A DNA stretch of 64,000 nt from Opitutaceae bacterium (GCA_051252375.1 JBPOFY010000002.1:562189-626188); one strand, 5' to 3'; positions 1 through 10,019 are shown, counted from the stretch's first letter. The notes: generated from the letters alone by a model not told the origin. A program made the numbers and translations.

Positions 1-7
1 AAACGTC

Positions 8-1138
8 TTACTTTAGGAACTGGCGTACATCTGGGTGAACTTTGAACAGGAAGTTACGGTCTTGATCGCTAAAAGGACGAGTTGTGAAAATTTTCATACC
101 CGGTTCTCCGTCTTTCTCGATGAGTAAATAACCACCGAACCAGCCACCTGGCACCTCTGCGACCACGATGTCCACTTCGGTCATGACGCCCGCCCGAAGG
201 TTAAACCAGTCTCCGGTAATACCGGCTGGCTTAAAGCCAAAGTAACTGCGTGGATTCTTTTCATCTTCCTTGGCTGCCGAAGAGCCCTGACTCCAACCGG
301 AATAGAAATCTGTCCGCCATGACGCATCCAACACAATTTTCCCATTAATGCTGACAACGAGAACGTCATCACCACGACCGAATAGTCTAAAGCGACCATC
401 CTCTGTCGGCTTGTATGTGCCGGTATAAGATGCACAAATCATCTTTGGCTCAATAACACCCTCCGCTTGGAACGCCTTGGGAGCATTACCCGCAGACTGG
501 TTATTGATCACAAAATAAGAAGCATACAAAGTCGTATCGGCTCTGAAAAACTTACGGCTCAACTTGTTCAAATCAAAGTTCCGCGTGAAGTCTTTAAAAA
601 TAGGAGATGCCGCCTCCTCCAATTTATCAGAATATTTGATTGGTTTTTTATTACGATCTGTCTTCAGGTCATACAGTGTTCCCGTGAGAGTCCCTTCAAG
701 TGCTTGGTCGTAACCGAAACTTGTCAATCGAACTGCATCAATAGCACCACCGCCGATTTCACCAAGCCCGCCACCAAAACCGCGACCGCCACCGATAGTC
801 AATTGCGACTGATCGATTTGAATCGCAGGCACAGTCATATTCTGTGGATTCTGCACCACCAATGGCTGTGGCCGTGGCATACTTTTTGCCGACCGCTTAT
901 TCGTAGGTGGAGGGGGAGGTGGAGGTGGAGGCGTATCAATTACCTCTAATGCAGGCGCTTCAAACTCAGGCTTCGCGGCAATCTTCTCCGTAATCTTAAT
1001 AATCGCCAACACGCCACCAGCTAGCAAATGAACTGCGAGGCTCACTGCGACCACGATGAAGATAGCACTGCGTTTCCGCTTCTTAATTTTGGCTCCGCCA
1101 GGGGAACTTGGATCTATCCATTCATTGGGATTTGTCAT
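8..1138 (-). CDS. Membrane-anchored hypothetical protein: TM helix, poly-Pro/Gly-rich linker, PA14-like C-terminal domain
   Basis: 376-aa ORF; basic stretch then hydrophobic helix (AIFIVVAVSLAVHLLAGGVLAII), PPPPPPPPP linker; C-terminal 'YTGTYKPTEDGRFRLFGRGDDVLVVSINGKIVLD' resembles the PA14 core. Confidence 0.6.
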   Translation of the reverse strand: MTNPNEWIDPSSPGGAKIKKRKRSAIFIVVAVSLAVHLLAGGVLAIIKITEKIAAKPEFEAPALEVIDTPPPPPPPPPTNKRSAKSMPRPQPLVVQNPQNMTVPAIQIDQSQLTIGGGRGFGGGLGEIGGGAIDAVRLTSFGYDQALEGTLTGTLYDLKTDRNKKPIKYSDKLEEAASPIFKDFTRNFDLNKLSRKFFRADTTLYASYFVINNQSAGNAPKAFQAEGVIEPKMICASYTGTYKPTEDGRFRLFGRGDDVLVVSINGKIVLDASWRTDFYSGWSQGSSAAKEDEKNPRSYFGFKPAGITGDWFNLRAGVMTEVDIVVAEVPGGWFGGYLLIEKDGEPGMKIFTTRPFSDQDRNFLFKVHPDVRQFLK

Positions 1139-1265
1139 CGTAAATTGGGCTGTGGTGTAGAACTGGGGAACGTAATGCCTATATCAAAGCGACCTGTATT
1201 CAATCATTTTACCATATTACACTGGAAACGCTATTTCATAGCCACGTGCTGAAAACACACTGAGA

Positions 1266-2072
1266 TCACTTCTTCGGACGCATCGCCAAGCTGACGACCT
1301 CTTTGTCGAAATAGTTACGGTCCATCCCCGCGTTCACAACGATACCTTGACCATTGATCCCACTCGATGCTGGACTGAGCAAAAAGACCGCGGTGTTGGC
1401 AACTTCCTGTGTCGTCAGGTTTTGTTTACGAAAGGTTAGCTTCTCGGCGTAAAGATAGCTCTCCAGATACCCTGGAATACCAGCAGAGGCACTGGTCTTG
1501 AGTGGCCCCGCATTGACAGTATTGAAACGCACACGGGTATCTGCACCGAAGGACTTCGCCAGATTGTAAGATGATGTCTCAAGAGCAGCTTTGATAGGTG
1601 CCATGTAGCCGTAATTCTCAGCGGTCACGTCGGTCGACGAAATACCAATCGAAACGACGGATGCCTCGTTTTTAAGATGCGGCTTGAAGGCACTCGCCAC
1701 TTCAACCAACGAGAACGCGGAGATCGCGGTCGCTTGGAGGAAGTCTTTACGCACTGTGTCGTGAAAAGGCTTAAAGCCCTCAGAGTAGTTAGCGAACGCG
1801 ATAGAATGAACGATGCCATCGATCTGCCCGTAGTCCGCCGCGACCTGCTCGGCCAATGCCTTGGTCTGTTCGGGAAACTCCACATCGCAGATGTAGGCCT
1901 TACGGTCGCCAAGCAGCTTTTGCAGACTCTCTAATCGAGCCTCCGAACGCACGCTATGGATCACTTCCGCGCCCTCTTCTTCGAGCGACTTGGTGATCGC
2001 CCACGCCACGCTCTTGCGATTCGCCACCCCCATCACGAGGAAGCGCTTACCTGTTAATTGTAGAAAACTCAC
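1266..2072 (-). CDS. fabI: Enoyl-ACP reductase (FabI-like SDR)
   Basis: GVANRKSVAWAI, HSIAFA, YGYMAPIK (Yx6K), AGPLKT motifs; GTG start abuts the upstream fabZ stop. Confidence 0.85.
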   Translation of the reverse strand: MSFLQLTGKRFLVMGVANRKSVAWAITKSLEEEGAEVIHSVRSEARLESLQKLLGDRKAYICDVEFPEQTKALAEQVAADYGQIDGIVHSIAFANYSEGFKPFHDTVRKDFLQATAISAFSLVEVASAFKPHLKNEASVVSIGISSTDVTAENYGYMAPIKAALETSSYNLAKSFGADTRVRFNTVNAGPLKTSASAGIPGYLESYLYAEKLTFRKQNLTTQEVANTAVFLLSPASSGINGQGIVVNAGMDRNYFDKEVVSLAMRPKK

Positions 2073-2513
2073 TTACTTGTCCTCTCCTTCGACCATCGCC
2101 AAGGCGAACTCAATTGTCATGGCTGGCTTACCACCTTTGATGACTTTACCCTTCATGAAGTAAAAACGGCTGACCGTCTCTTTCATCGTCACCTCAATGG
2201 TGATTTCGTCGCCGGGCTTCACCATTTGCTTGAAACGCGCATCGGAGATACGGGACAACACCGGAGTGACATCGTTGAGCGAGCGACCGTCTTTCTCGAT
2301 TTGTTTAGCGAGATAGATGGCACCGGTTTGAAAACATGCCTCGCACAGCAAGACGCCCGGCATAATCGGGTTACCCGGATAGTGACCTTCAAACTGAGGC
2401 TCTTCCATACGGATCGTGCGTTTACAAGTAGCGCCGTCTTCGCGAACTTCGACGATCTCATCGATAAATAGAAACGGAGGGCGGTGTGGGATAGTGCGTA
2501 AAATTTCGTCCAT
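2073..2513 (-). CDS. fabZ: 3-hydroxyacyl-ACP dehydratase (FabZ family)
   Basis: IPHRPPFLFID and GHYPGNPIMPGVLLCE motifs; start placed at ATG 2513 (MDEIL). Confidence 0.85.
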   Translation of the reverse strand: MDEILRTIPHRPPFLFIDEIVEVREDGATCKRTIRMEEPQFEGHYPGNPIMPGVLLCEACFQTGAIYLAKQIEKDGRSLNDVTPVLSRISDARFKQMVKPGDEITIEVTMKETVSRFYFMKGKVIKGGKPAMTIEFALAMVEGEDK

Positions 2514-2631
2514 GAGCTCCAGTGAATGCCAAAACCCGCGAAATGCACGCACGAAAATGCAACTCACATGAGACCACAAACGGGTTACCGACCACGCTGA
2601 ATTGAAAGGTAGCGGCGATTGCAGTGACTTT

Positions 2632-2711
2632 GGTAGCGGCGCTTGTCCCTAAGCGCCATCAAGATACGGCCTGACTCTGACGTATGGCGGTCAGGGACGA
2701 CCGCCGCTACC
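2632..2711. repeat. GTAG-type REP dyad
   Basis: ggtagcggcgcttgtccctaagcgcc (2632-2657) plus inverted variant tggcggtcagggacgaccgccgctacc (2685-2711); same family at 50480-50557 and 55848-55944. Confidence 0.85.
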
Positions 2712-3158
2712 AGCACCATCCAACTCATCAGGAGAAGGCATGGGTGTATTCATATTCTGCTCTTCAATAAAATCCTGGAGAATTAAGGCCGCCGCGCGCG
2801 AGTCGATCTCTCCGCTTTTGCGATCCAGTTTCTTCTTTTGCCCTTTCAATCCTTGCTCGACTGAATGACTGGATAGCCGCTCGTCCACTCGATGAATCGG
2901 CAAACCGAAACGTTTGGTGATTTCTTCAATGAAGACATCCACTTCCTTTGCTTTAAAACCCACGCTGCCGTTCATGTTCAATGGGTAACCACAGATAATC
3001 TCATGAATGCGCCGCGCTTTGATCATTTCCTCGATGTGTTTAAGGCGGTTTTTCTTGGTTGCGGCGACCGCGGCAGGTAAAGGCACCGCGATACCGACCT
3101 CGTCGGCATATGCCAAACCGATACGTTTTTCGCCCCAATCTATGCCTAAATAATTCAT
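2691..3158 (-). CDS. ruvX: Holliday junction resolvase RuvX / pre-16S rRNA nuclease YqgF
   Basis: YLGIDWGEKRIGLA, GYPLNMNG, DERLSS, IDSRAAALILQ motifs; start at ATG 3158. Confidence 0.9.
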   Translation of the reverse strand: MNYLGIDWGEKRIGLAYADEVGIAVPLPAAVAATKKNRLKHIEEMIKARRIHEIICGYPLNMNGSVGFKAKEVDVFIEEITKRFGLPIHRVDERLSSHSVEQGLKGQKKKLDRKSGEIDSRAAALILQDFIEEQNMNTPMPSPDELDGAGSGGRP

Positions 3159-3186
3159 CGCTTCGCAGTCGTCAGTAGTCGGAGAA

Positions 3187-4278
3187 CTACATGAGTTTCT
3201 TGAGAGCCTCTTTCGCTCCAATCGCTTGAACCAGCGCTTTGATATCTTGCGCCTTATCTTTGTGGCACACCAGTGTCGCGTCGTCGGTCTTCACTACGAT
3301 CAAATCATCCACTCCAAGGAGAGCGACCAAGTGATCATCATCACGGCAATAGACGATATTGTTTGCGCCTTGCTCAATCTGAGCCGTGCCGCGCACAACG
3401 TTACCAGCATCGTCTGCCGGATAGTGACGCGCGATGGCAGACCACTCGCCGACATCGTCCCAGTCGAAACCGGACTCTACCATGACAACATTGTTTGCCT
3501 TCTCGATGATCGCGTAGTCGATCGAAATCTTTTCCAAGCTCGGATAGTGCGCTGCCAACAAAGGGTCGATCGTCTCGCCCGCCGAGAGCCCTGTATCAAT
3601 TGCTTGCAGTGCATTCCATAGCGCCGGCGTGTTGGCTTCCAACTGCTCAACAATCGAAGCCACTGACCATACAAACATGCCGGCATTCCAAAAGTAATCA
3701 CCACTATCGAGATAGCCTTGCGCGGTCGCGGCGTCGGGCTTTTCGACAAATCGTTTTACGTTAAAAATAGATCGGCTGGCAAATTCGCCGAGCGCATCGC
3801 CTTGCTGAATATAACCATAACCAGTCGCCGGCGAAGTCGCAGTGATCCCAATTGTAGCCAACACATTTTGCGCTTCGGCAACGGCAAATGCAGATTCCAG
3901 AGTCGCGCAAAGACCTGCCGCGTCGTGGATCATCGCGTCCGCAGGAAGCATCGCAAAAGTCGCATTAGGGTTCTCGCGTTTGACTAGAATCGTCGCGAGC
4001 CCTACAGCTGCGGCGGTATCACGCCCGACCGGTTCACCGATCACCTTCGCGGGATCTAATTCCGGACATACTTCTAATACCGCCGCACGTTGCTCGGCAT
4101 TAGTAATGACAAACACCTCTTTGGGTGAAACCAGCCCAGCGAGTCGATCCACTGTTTGCGCCAACATGGCTTTCTCACCGACAATCGGCAACAACTGCTT
4201 CGGGCGGGCCATACGACTCTCCGGCCAAAAACGTTCTCCGCGACCACCGGCCATAATCACTACATATCGATTCGACAT
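3187..4278 (-). CDS. manC: Mannose-1-phosphate guanylyltransferase
   Basis: VIMAGGRGERFWP-SR-PKQ, EPVGRDTA, FVEKP, WNAGMF, SIDYAIIEK, WDDVGEW; no PMI cupin tail. Confidence 0.9.
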   Translation of the reverse strand: MSNRYVVIMAGGRGERFWPESRMARPKQLLPIVGEKAMLAQTVDRLAGLVSPKEVFVITNAEQRAAVLEVCPELDPAKVIGEPVGRDTAAAVGLATILVKRENPNATFAMLPADAMIHDAAGLCATLESAFAVAEAQNVLATIGITATSPATGYGYIQQGDALGEFASRSIFNVKRFVEKPDAATAQGYLDSGDYFWNAGMFVWSVASIVEQLEANTPALWNALQAIDTGLSAGETIDPLLAAHYPSLEKISIDYAIIEKANNVVMVESGFDWDDVGEWSAIARHYPADDAGNVVRGTAQIEQGANNIVYCRDDDHLVALLGVDDLIVVKTDDATLVCHKDKAQDIKALVQAIGAKEALKKLM

Positions 4279-4356
4279 GCCGTCAGCGTTGTCGAATCAA
4301 GCACCGAAGCAAGTCAGAAGGTTGAGCATACAACGTTGAAGCAATGTAAGTGTGAT

Positions 4357-4425
4357 GGCAGGGATCGTTATCCTTAACGATCCGTTTGCTCGACTGGCGG
4401 CGCGATAAGGATATCGCGCCCTACC
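4357..4425. repeat. REP-like dyad
   Basis: ggcagggatcgttatccttaacgatccg ... cggcgcgataaggatatcgcgccctacc, two hairpins with a ctacc end. Confidence 0.7.
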
Positions 4426-4506
4426 CGATCTAAATTGACCCGGGAGAAACGCACTACAAACAGACAAAAGAGTGACAGCTCTCTGAAATTCATCACGTTA
4501 ATCGGC

Positions 4507-5511
4507 ATGCCACTAGGAAACGAAGTCAAAGAAGCGCTGCGCCAACAACTCTGCGATTTGCAGAGCTACTTATTAAAAGCCATTCATGCCGCACGGGAGG
4601 CATCGAGCACGAGCGCACTCTCGGCGATCTCCAAAGAAACCGCATCCGACACAATTTTCGTGATCGATCAAATCGCGGAAGAAGCGATCTTCACTTGGTT
4701 CTCCAACAACTGGGACGCTGACTGGCCAGTCGAGATCATCATGGAAGGGCTTGAGCACCAACTCACTTTCCCAAAGGACACCGCAGTCGAGGACACCAAG
4801 CTCAAATGCCTGATCGACCCGATCGACGGCACTCGATGCATCATGTATGACAAGCGATCTGCTTGGATACTCGCGGGCATCGCAGCACAACGCGGCGAGG
4901 ACAACACACTCGCCGACATCGAAGTCGCTGCGATGACAGAGATCCCCACCACTCGGCAATGGCGCGCCGACCAACTCAGTGCCACGCGCGGCGGTGGACT
5001 GCAATCCATCGCGATCGATGTTCGAAACGGTTTCACAGAAACGCCTATCGAGCACACGCCCAGCAAAGAGAGCACCGTGCACCACGCCTTCGGCACGATC
5101 TGCCGTTACTTTCCAGCTGGCTCTACCCTACTCTCTCAAATCGAAGAAAGCCTCTGGGATAAACTCTACGGTGACGGCAACGGCGTCCCAGTCGTTTTCA
5201 ACGACCAATACATTTCAACCGGTGGTCAGTTCTACGAAATTCTCAGCGGGCACGATCGCTTCGTTGCCGACATCCGGCCACTCGCATTCCGCATCTTAGA
5301 TATTGAAGAAAATCTTGGCGCACACCCCTACGATGTCGTCTGCGCGCTCCTGCTCGAAGAAGCAGGCTGCATTATCGAATACCCCGACGGCAGCCCACTG
5401 GATTGCCCGCTCGACACCACCAGCGCGGTGAACTGGGTGGCTTATGCGAATGAAGAACTCGCAGCACACATCCGCCCTGCGCTGCAAAGCGTGTTGGCCA
5501 AGCTCTGCTGA
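4507..5511 (+). CDS. Inositol monophosphatase / FBPase superfamily protein
   Basis: IDPIDGT motif, IIMEG, C-terminal HPYD...EEAG; start at ATG 4507. Confidence 0.75.
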   Translation: MPLGNEVKEALRQQLCDLQSYLLKAIHAAREASSTSALSAISKETASDTIFVIDQIAEEAIFTWFSNNWDADWPVEIIMEGLEHQLTFPKDTAVEDTKLKCLIDPIDGTRCIMYDKRSAWILAGIAAQRGEDNTLADIEVAAMTEIPTTRQWRADQLSATRGGGLQSIAIDVRNGFTETPIEHTPSKESTVHHAFGTICRYFPAGSTLLSQIEESLWDKLYGDGNGVPVVFNDQYISTGGQFYEILSGHDRFVADIRPLAFRILDIEENLGAHPYDVVCALLLEEAGCIIEYPDGSPLDCPLDTTSAVNWVAYANEELAAHIRPALQSVLAKLC

Positions 5512-5551
5512 CACCTCCTGCAACGAACCTCAGGTAGACCTCAAATAGAAA

Positions 5552-5582
5552 TTTGGGCAGAATAATTTTGGGCAGAATAATT
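5552..5582. repeat. Left tandem repeat (tttgggcagaataat x2), inverted relative to 6131-6160
   Basis: tttgggcagaataattttgggcagaataatt read directly. Confidence 0.8.
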
Positions 5583-5593
5583 CCTGAAATTCG

Positions 5594-5655
<62 letters not shown>

Positions 5656-5657
5656 GT

Positions 5658-5900
5658 TTATTTTGGTCTAATTGGAGGTGAACTGTCTATCTCTATATTA
5701 CTAATTTCATCGCTGCCCTGTATCGAAATTTCTATATCTCCGACACCTCCCTCAGCGGAATAATCACTTCGCAAGTGGAAATGTTTCCTGTTCTGTTTAA
5801 GTGAGCGAAGTACTTCCATGAGAGTATCAATCTCATCGTCTTTAATGGATAAGGTGAGACCATACCAACCTGTCTTAAAATCTTCGATTTCTGCTCTCAT
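5658..5900 (-). CDS. Small acidic hypothetical protein carried on an integron gene cassette
   Basis: 80-aa AT-rich ORF; GTTATGT core 10 nt before the ATG and attC just after the stop. Confidence 0.75.
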   Translation of the reverse strand: MRAEIEDFKTGWYGLTLSIKDDEIDTLMEVLRSLKQNRKHFHLRSDYSAEGGVGDIEISIQGSDEISNIEIDSSPPIRPK

Positions 5901-5910
5901 ACTTTAACTT

Positions 5911-6043
5911 ACATAACAAGTTATTAGTTCATTTCCGGATAACATCCTAGATCTGGGAAATGTCGACTCTTAATGGCGTTATTGAACCCCAAGCCCTATA
6001 CGGATAATATCCTTTTTGGGTAAAAAAGTAATCGGATAATACC
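5911..6043 (-). mobile_element. attI-like site with accessory direct repeats
   Basis: Minus strand AACTAAT-AACTT-GTTATGT (L box, 5 nt, R box); three cggataa(c/t)a(t)cc repeats at 5936-5947, 6001-6012 and 6033-6043. Confidence 0.6.
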
Positions 6044-6130
6044 GACAAATGAAGCAGTTACCAAATCTCCGCCTCTAGCTTTAGTCGCGTAAATTGAGAC
6101 CACATCTCATCCTACTGTATAATCCGAGTT

Positions 6131-6160
6131 AAAATTATTCTGCCAAAAATTATTCTGTAA
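6131..6160. repeat. Right tandem repeat (aattattctg x2), inverted relative to 5552-5582
   Basis: aaaattattctgccaaaaattattctgtaa; reverse complement ttacagaataatttttggcagaataatttt. Confidence 0.75.
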
Positions 6161-6227
6161 AAAATCATGAATGATGTCGCTCCGCTCGGAACGGCCGAAT
6201 CCCCGGCCTCTACATCTAGCGAGAGAA

Positions 6228-6791
6228 CTACTTATTCAGTTGGTAAAACATCAAGCCCACCAGTGCTAGCGCGTGACCGATCTTGCAGTCCTTCGCCCAT
6301 TGAAGCACTTCGGCCTCGGGGATGACGCGAATTTCTATTTCTTCGTGCTCATCCCAATCAGTGCCTGCTTCGGCGAGACGGCAATTATCTGCAAAAATCA
6401 CTTGGCAGGTATTATTCAGAATCGCGGGATTCGGACTACAGTACCCGATCAAACGACCACTCTCTGCGACGTAACCCGTCTCCTCCTGCAATTCGCGCAG
6501 ACCTGCCGCAACTGGGTCTTCGCCAGCATCGACAACCCCACCGGGCAATTCCCATGAAAGCTCGTCGGAACCCCAACGAAATTGGCGCACCATAATCAAC
6601 TCACCATCCACTGTGCGTGCGACGACGACTGCCCAATCACGGGAGTCGATATAGAAAAAATCGCCCTCTTTACCATTATGAGGATGGCGATAACGGCGCA
6701 TCCGCAAATCCCACACACGGCAGGGATTCAGCAAAGTATCATTGATCAAATCCCAACGTGGCGGAGTGCCACCACTTGCTTCATCTGCCAT
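6228..6791 (-). CDS. NUDIX hydrolase (ADP-ribose pyrophosphatase-like)
   Basis: Nudix box [27 protein letters not shown] and SPNP motifs. Confidence 0.9.
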   Translation of the reverse strand: MADEASGGTPPRWDLINDTLLNPCRVWDLRMRRYRHPHNGKEGDFFYIDSRDWAVVVARTVDGELIMVRQFRWGSDELSWELPGGVVDAGEDPVAAGLRELQEETGYVAESGRLIGYCSPNPAILNNTCQVIFADNCRLAEAGTDWDEHEEIEIRVIPEAEVLQWAKDCKIGHALALVGLMFYQLNK

Positions 6792-6793
6792 AC

Positions 6794-7411
6794 TTAGTTG
6801 GCAGGGATAGCGATCTTCTGACCGATCTGTAAAGCGCGTGGGTTTACACCTGGGTTTGCATCGAGCAATGCTTGAAGACTGATCCCCAGCTTGCCTGCAA
6901 TCTTAGCAAAATTATCGCCGGACTGAATACTGTAGGTGCTGGCGGCACTACCTGTGGCAGCCGTTTCACCACTCGTCACAGTGACCGTGCCGCTGGCGGT
7001 ATCAACCGCTGCCGGTTTCGCCGGCGCGGGCTTTGGGCGAGTGACACCTGCGGTAAATTCATTCACCTTCTCGACGAGCTTCACCATTTCCTCTCGGTTG
7101 GATTTCACACCGGAAAGCGCTTGCTTCACCGCTTGCTCACTTTGCGAACTATACACACGCAGACGACTCACAGTCTGTGCCAACTCATTATTCTTAGCCG
7201 TGAGTTCGGTCAATTTGGTATCGAAAGCGCTCAATTGCTTTTCGATCCGTGCCGCGCTGCCAGAGTTGGCCTCCATGCTGTCACTGATCGGGCTCAGCTG
7301 TTGATTGGCAGTAATGCCGAAATAAAGGCCTGCGCCGCCGAGAGCAATTGCCAGAACGGCAAGGGCAACTGGGACCATCGAGCTTGAGGATGCATTGATA
7401 TCGTCTTCCAT
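6794..7411 (-). CDS. Membrane-anchored coiled-coil LysM protein
   Basis: N-terminal TM helix, coiled coil, C-terminal Lys[14 protein letters not shown]...[18 protein letters not shown]. Confidence 0.85.
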   Translation of the reverse strand: MEDDINASSSSMVPVALAVLAIALGGAGLYFGITANQQLSPISDSMEANSGSAARIEKQLSAFDTKLTELTAKNNELAQTVSRLRVYSSQSEQAVKQALSGVKSNREEMVKLVEKVNEFTAGVTRPKPAPAKPAAVDTASGTVTVTSGETAATGSAASTYSIQSGDNFAKIAGKLGISLQALLDANPGVNPRALQIGQKIAIPAN

Positions 7412-7592
7412 AAAAACGGCACGCTAAGGGATTTACGGAACTGTGCAAGCCAGCGTTCAGCAAGTTTTTAACAATAGCTTCATCCTACGCACCGTTATTT
7501 GCGCTTGCTGGAAAGTGGAATGAGTGGTCAAATTTACCTATTCAAATCGCATCCACGATTTGATCCACGCAACAGTTAAACAAAACAGAACG

Positions 7593-8405
7593 ATGCCGGA
7601 CTACTACATACGCACACCTGACCAAGACGAATCCCGTGGACCCTTTGATCCGATCAAGCTGCAAACCTTAGCGGAGGCAGGTCAAATTTCAGAGAACTCA
7701 CTCTACTACGACGAATCAAAAGAAGAATGGGTGCCCATCGCACTGAATGCAGAACTGTGCGCTCAAGTATTTCCGCAACGTGAAAAACTCGAGCTCAGGA
7801 TCCAAAAGAGCAAGGAGGTCTTAGCCGCAGAAGAAGCTGTAAAAGATCCCGGCGGACACTCGGTCGAAGACATGCTCGACGCCGCGGAAGGTAACACCGA
7901 CGAGAAAAAAGCGCTGAAACAAAAGGAAAAAAGTTTTAACAAAGCCGCCGCCCTTTCCGCACCGAGTCTCGGCATCATGATGATGGCTTCAGCCGTCTTT
8001 TTGCTCTATCCGCATTATTCAATCATTCTGGATTCGATACAATCAGGCACCTACGCATCTCTGATCAATTTCCCATTCATCCTGATTGGCATATTTGATT
8101 TCATGATGGGGATCTTCCTCTTCCTCGCGGTTACTGAAGTATATCCGCTACTGCGAGGCCGCTCGATGCTCACACTCGGTTTCGGAGCATATGTGGGCTG
8201 GTCGCTTGGCGATCCAATTTTAATGTTAGTCTCCGCATTATCAGGACTAGGCATCTTCCTCGCCACCATCGCTCAAAGGCAATCCATCATGTATCTAGCA
8301 ATCGTCATCGGTATCGGCGGCAATGGATTCCTTGCGTATTTGGCAGTCGCTGGTCGCTTTACAGGATTCTTTGAAGGCGTTCAGTTCGACCTAATCACTG
8401 ATTAA
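7593..8405 (+). CDS. GYF_2-like domain membrane protein
   Basis: YYIR...RGPFD...LAEAGQI...YY...EEWVP N-terminus followed by several TM helices; start at ATG 7593. Confidence 0.65.
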   Translation: MPDYYIRTPDQDESRGPFDPIKLQTLAEAGQISENSLYYDESKEEWVPIALNAELCAQVFPQREKLELRIQKSKEVLAAEEAVKDPGGHSVEDMLDAAEGNTDEKKALKQKEKSFNKAAALSAPSLGIMMMASAVFLLYPHYSIILDSIQSGTYASLINFPFILIGIFDFMMGIFLFLAVTEVYPLLRGRSMLTLGFGAYVGWSLGDPILMLVSALSGLGIFLATIAQRQSIMYLAIVIGIGGNGFLAYLAVAGRFTGFFEGVQFDLITD

Positions 8406-8428
8406 GCGAAGCCGTATCGAAATCGATT

Positions 8429-9910
8429 GTGGATAATAAAGAGAACCAAGCCGCTGACGCCAAAAGGGAAGCCAGTTTTCTCAGCCAAGCCCGCAAATAT
8501 GGCGCCCGCACACAGGCGCTATTATATAAGGACATTTGGGAACTAGAGCACCTAGGTCGCAAGACTGTGCGTGCACGGCTCTATCTATTGCTGCGTGTAT
8601 TGACGCTCACCTTTCAGGGTTTGAAGCGGAATCACATCCCGATGCAAGCGGCGGCGTTGACCTTTTTCTCCTCGATCGGGATCGGACCACTCATCGCCTT
8701 CGGCATCATGATCTCCGGGTTCTTGCTCGATAAAGACATCGCCGACGATCCCGCAGCTGGTCAGCAAGACAGCGTCGTCGTGCAAAAGATCACAGAGATC
8801 ATCGCCTACGCCGCACCACAAGTCGCGGTCACAGTCGATGACGACGGCAATGGTGGCTCTCGCACAGAACTAGCGCCCGAGTTACTAGAACTTATCAATA
8901 ATTTCAGTTCCGTAGCGAAGTCAGGCACCGTCGGTGTGATCGGCACGCTCATGCTCTTATTCATCTGTTTGCAGGTGCTCACCTCGATCGAGAAATCGTT
9001 CAACACTCTGTGGGGTGTCTCGCAGGGGCGTAATTTTACCGAACGCATCGTCACCTATTGGACATTGATCAGTCTCGGTGCCGTTCTCGGCACGGCCGCT
9101 ATTTCGCTGCAGATCCTTAAAGTCTTCACCCAGTTCGCCCAAAATCTACCCTTTGGGACCACGCTCGCGTCGATGATTCAGTTCTTCTCGCCTGTTATCG
9201 GCTTCATCATGATTGTCGTGTTGCTGGCGGTCTTCCTCCGTTTCATCCCCAACACAAAGGTCAACTGGAGACCCGCTTTTGTCGGCGCAGTTCTCGTCGT
9301 CAGCCTGCTGCAGGTTTACAAGATGCTCTCGTTTCTTTACGTCCAGCAAGTCGTCAACAACAAGAGCCTCTATGGTTCGGTCGGCATTATCGTCATCCTC
9401 ATGCTCGGTCTCTATGTCTTTTGGCTGCTTATTTTGTTCGGCGGACAAGTCACCTACGCCATGCAAAACGCGGATTCATTAACCAATGAAAGCGCTTGGC
9501 AAAAGACCAGCGAGCGCGCCCGCGAACTCATCTCTCTGGCTGTGCTCATCGCCGTCGGTCAACGCTTTCACAATGGCGGACCACCCTTACGCGCCAGTGA
9601 GATCCATAAACGACTGCGCGTGCCCAGCCATATTTTGAATTCGAGCATCACGCGCCTCTGCCAGATCGGCTATCTTTACCAAGTCGAGACCAAGAGTATC
9701 GAAGAAGAGCGCGACCACGCCTACCAGCCCGCCCAGCCACTCGAATCAATTAACCTAGGCAGCTTCAAACAAGCCTTCGAGTCCTACGGCAACAACGACG
9801 GCGCCGATTTAATCGCCGCATCCAGCCCAGCCGTCACAACCTATTTAGAAGAAGTCGTTTCGCTGAAAGACTGCCCCAGCGCCAATCTGACCCTTCGAGA
9901 CCTGCTATAG
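8429..9910 (+). CDS. YihY/virulence factor BrkB family membrane protein with C-terminal HTH
   Basis: AAALTFFS, SIEKSFNTLWGV, FIPNTKV, LYGS..II...GLYVFW motifs; C-terminal Rrf2-like region. Confidence 0.85.
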   Translation: MDNKENQAADAKREASFLSQARKYGARTQALLYKDIWELEHLGRKTVRARLYLLLRVLTLTFQGLKRNHIPMQAAALTFFSSIGIGPLIAFGIMISGFLLDKDIADDPAAGQQDSVVVQKITEIIAYAAPQVAVTVDDDGNGGSRTELAPELLELINNFSSVAKSGTVGVIGTLMLLFICLQVLTSIEKSFNTLWGVSQGRNFTERIVTYWTLISLGAVLGTAAISLQILKVFTQFAQNLPFGTTLASMIQFFSPVIGFIMIVVLLAVFLRFIPNTKVNWRPAFVGAVLVVSLLQVYKMLSFLYVQQVVNNKSLYGSVGIIVILMLGLYVFWLLILFGGQVTYAMQNADSLTNESAWQKTSERARELISLAVLIAVGQRFHNGGPPLRASEIHKRLRVPSHILNSSITRLCQIGYLYQVETKSIEEERDHAYQPAQPLESINLGSFKQAFESYGNNDGADLIAASSPAVTTYLEEVVSLKDCPSANLTLRDLL

Positions 9911-9967
9911 GTCCTAAATTCGCGTCTTTTGTGCCTTTCGTAGTCAAAATAGACTGCAACCATTGAG

Positions 9968-9995
9968 TTGACAGCGGTTTCCCCAGACCTAACCT
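9968..9995 (+). promoter_or_regulatory. Putative sigma70 promoter of the ppiD-like gene
   Basis: TTGACA-16 nt-TAACCT ending 24 nt before ATG 10020. Confidence 0.55.
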
Positions 9996-10019
9996 CCTGC
10001 GCTTTCTCTTTACCTACAC

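Noticed and set aside
5658..5900. Naming the cassette protein as a polymorphic-toxin immunity protein
   Set aside because: Small size, acidity and an HFHL motif are suggestive but insufficient without a profile search.
6113..6130. LexA box near the attI region (ctgtataatccgagtt)
   Set aside because: The right half does not match ACAG and the sequence is not palindromic.
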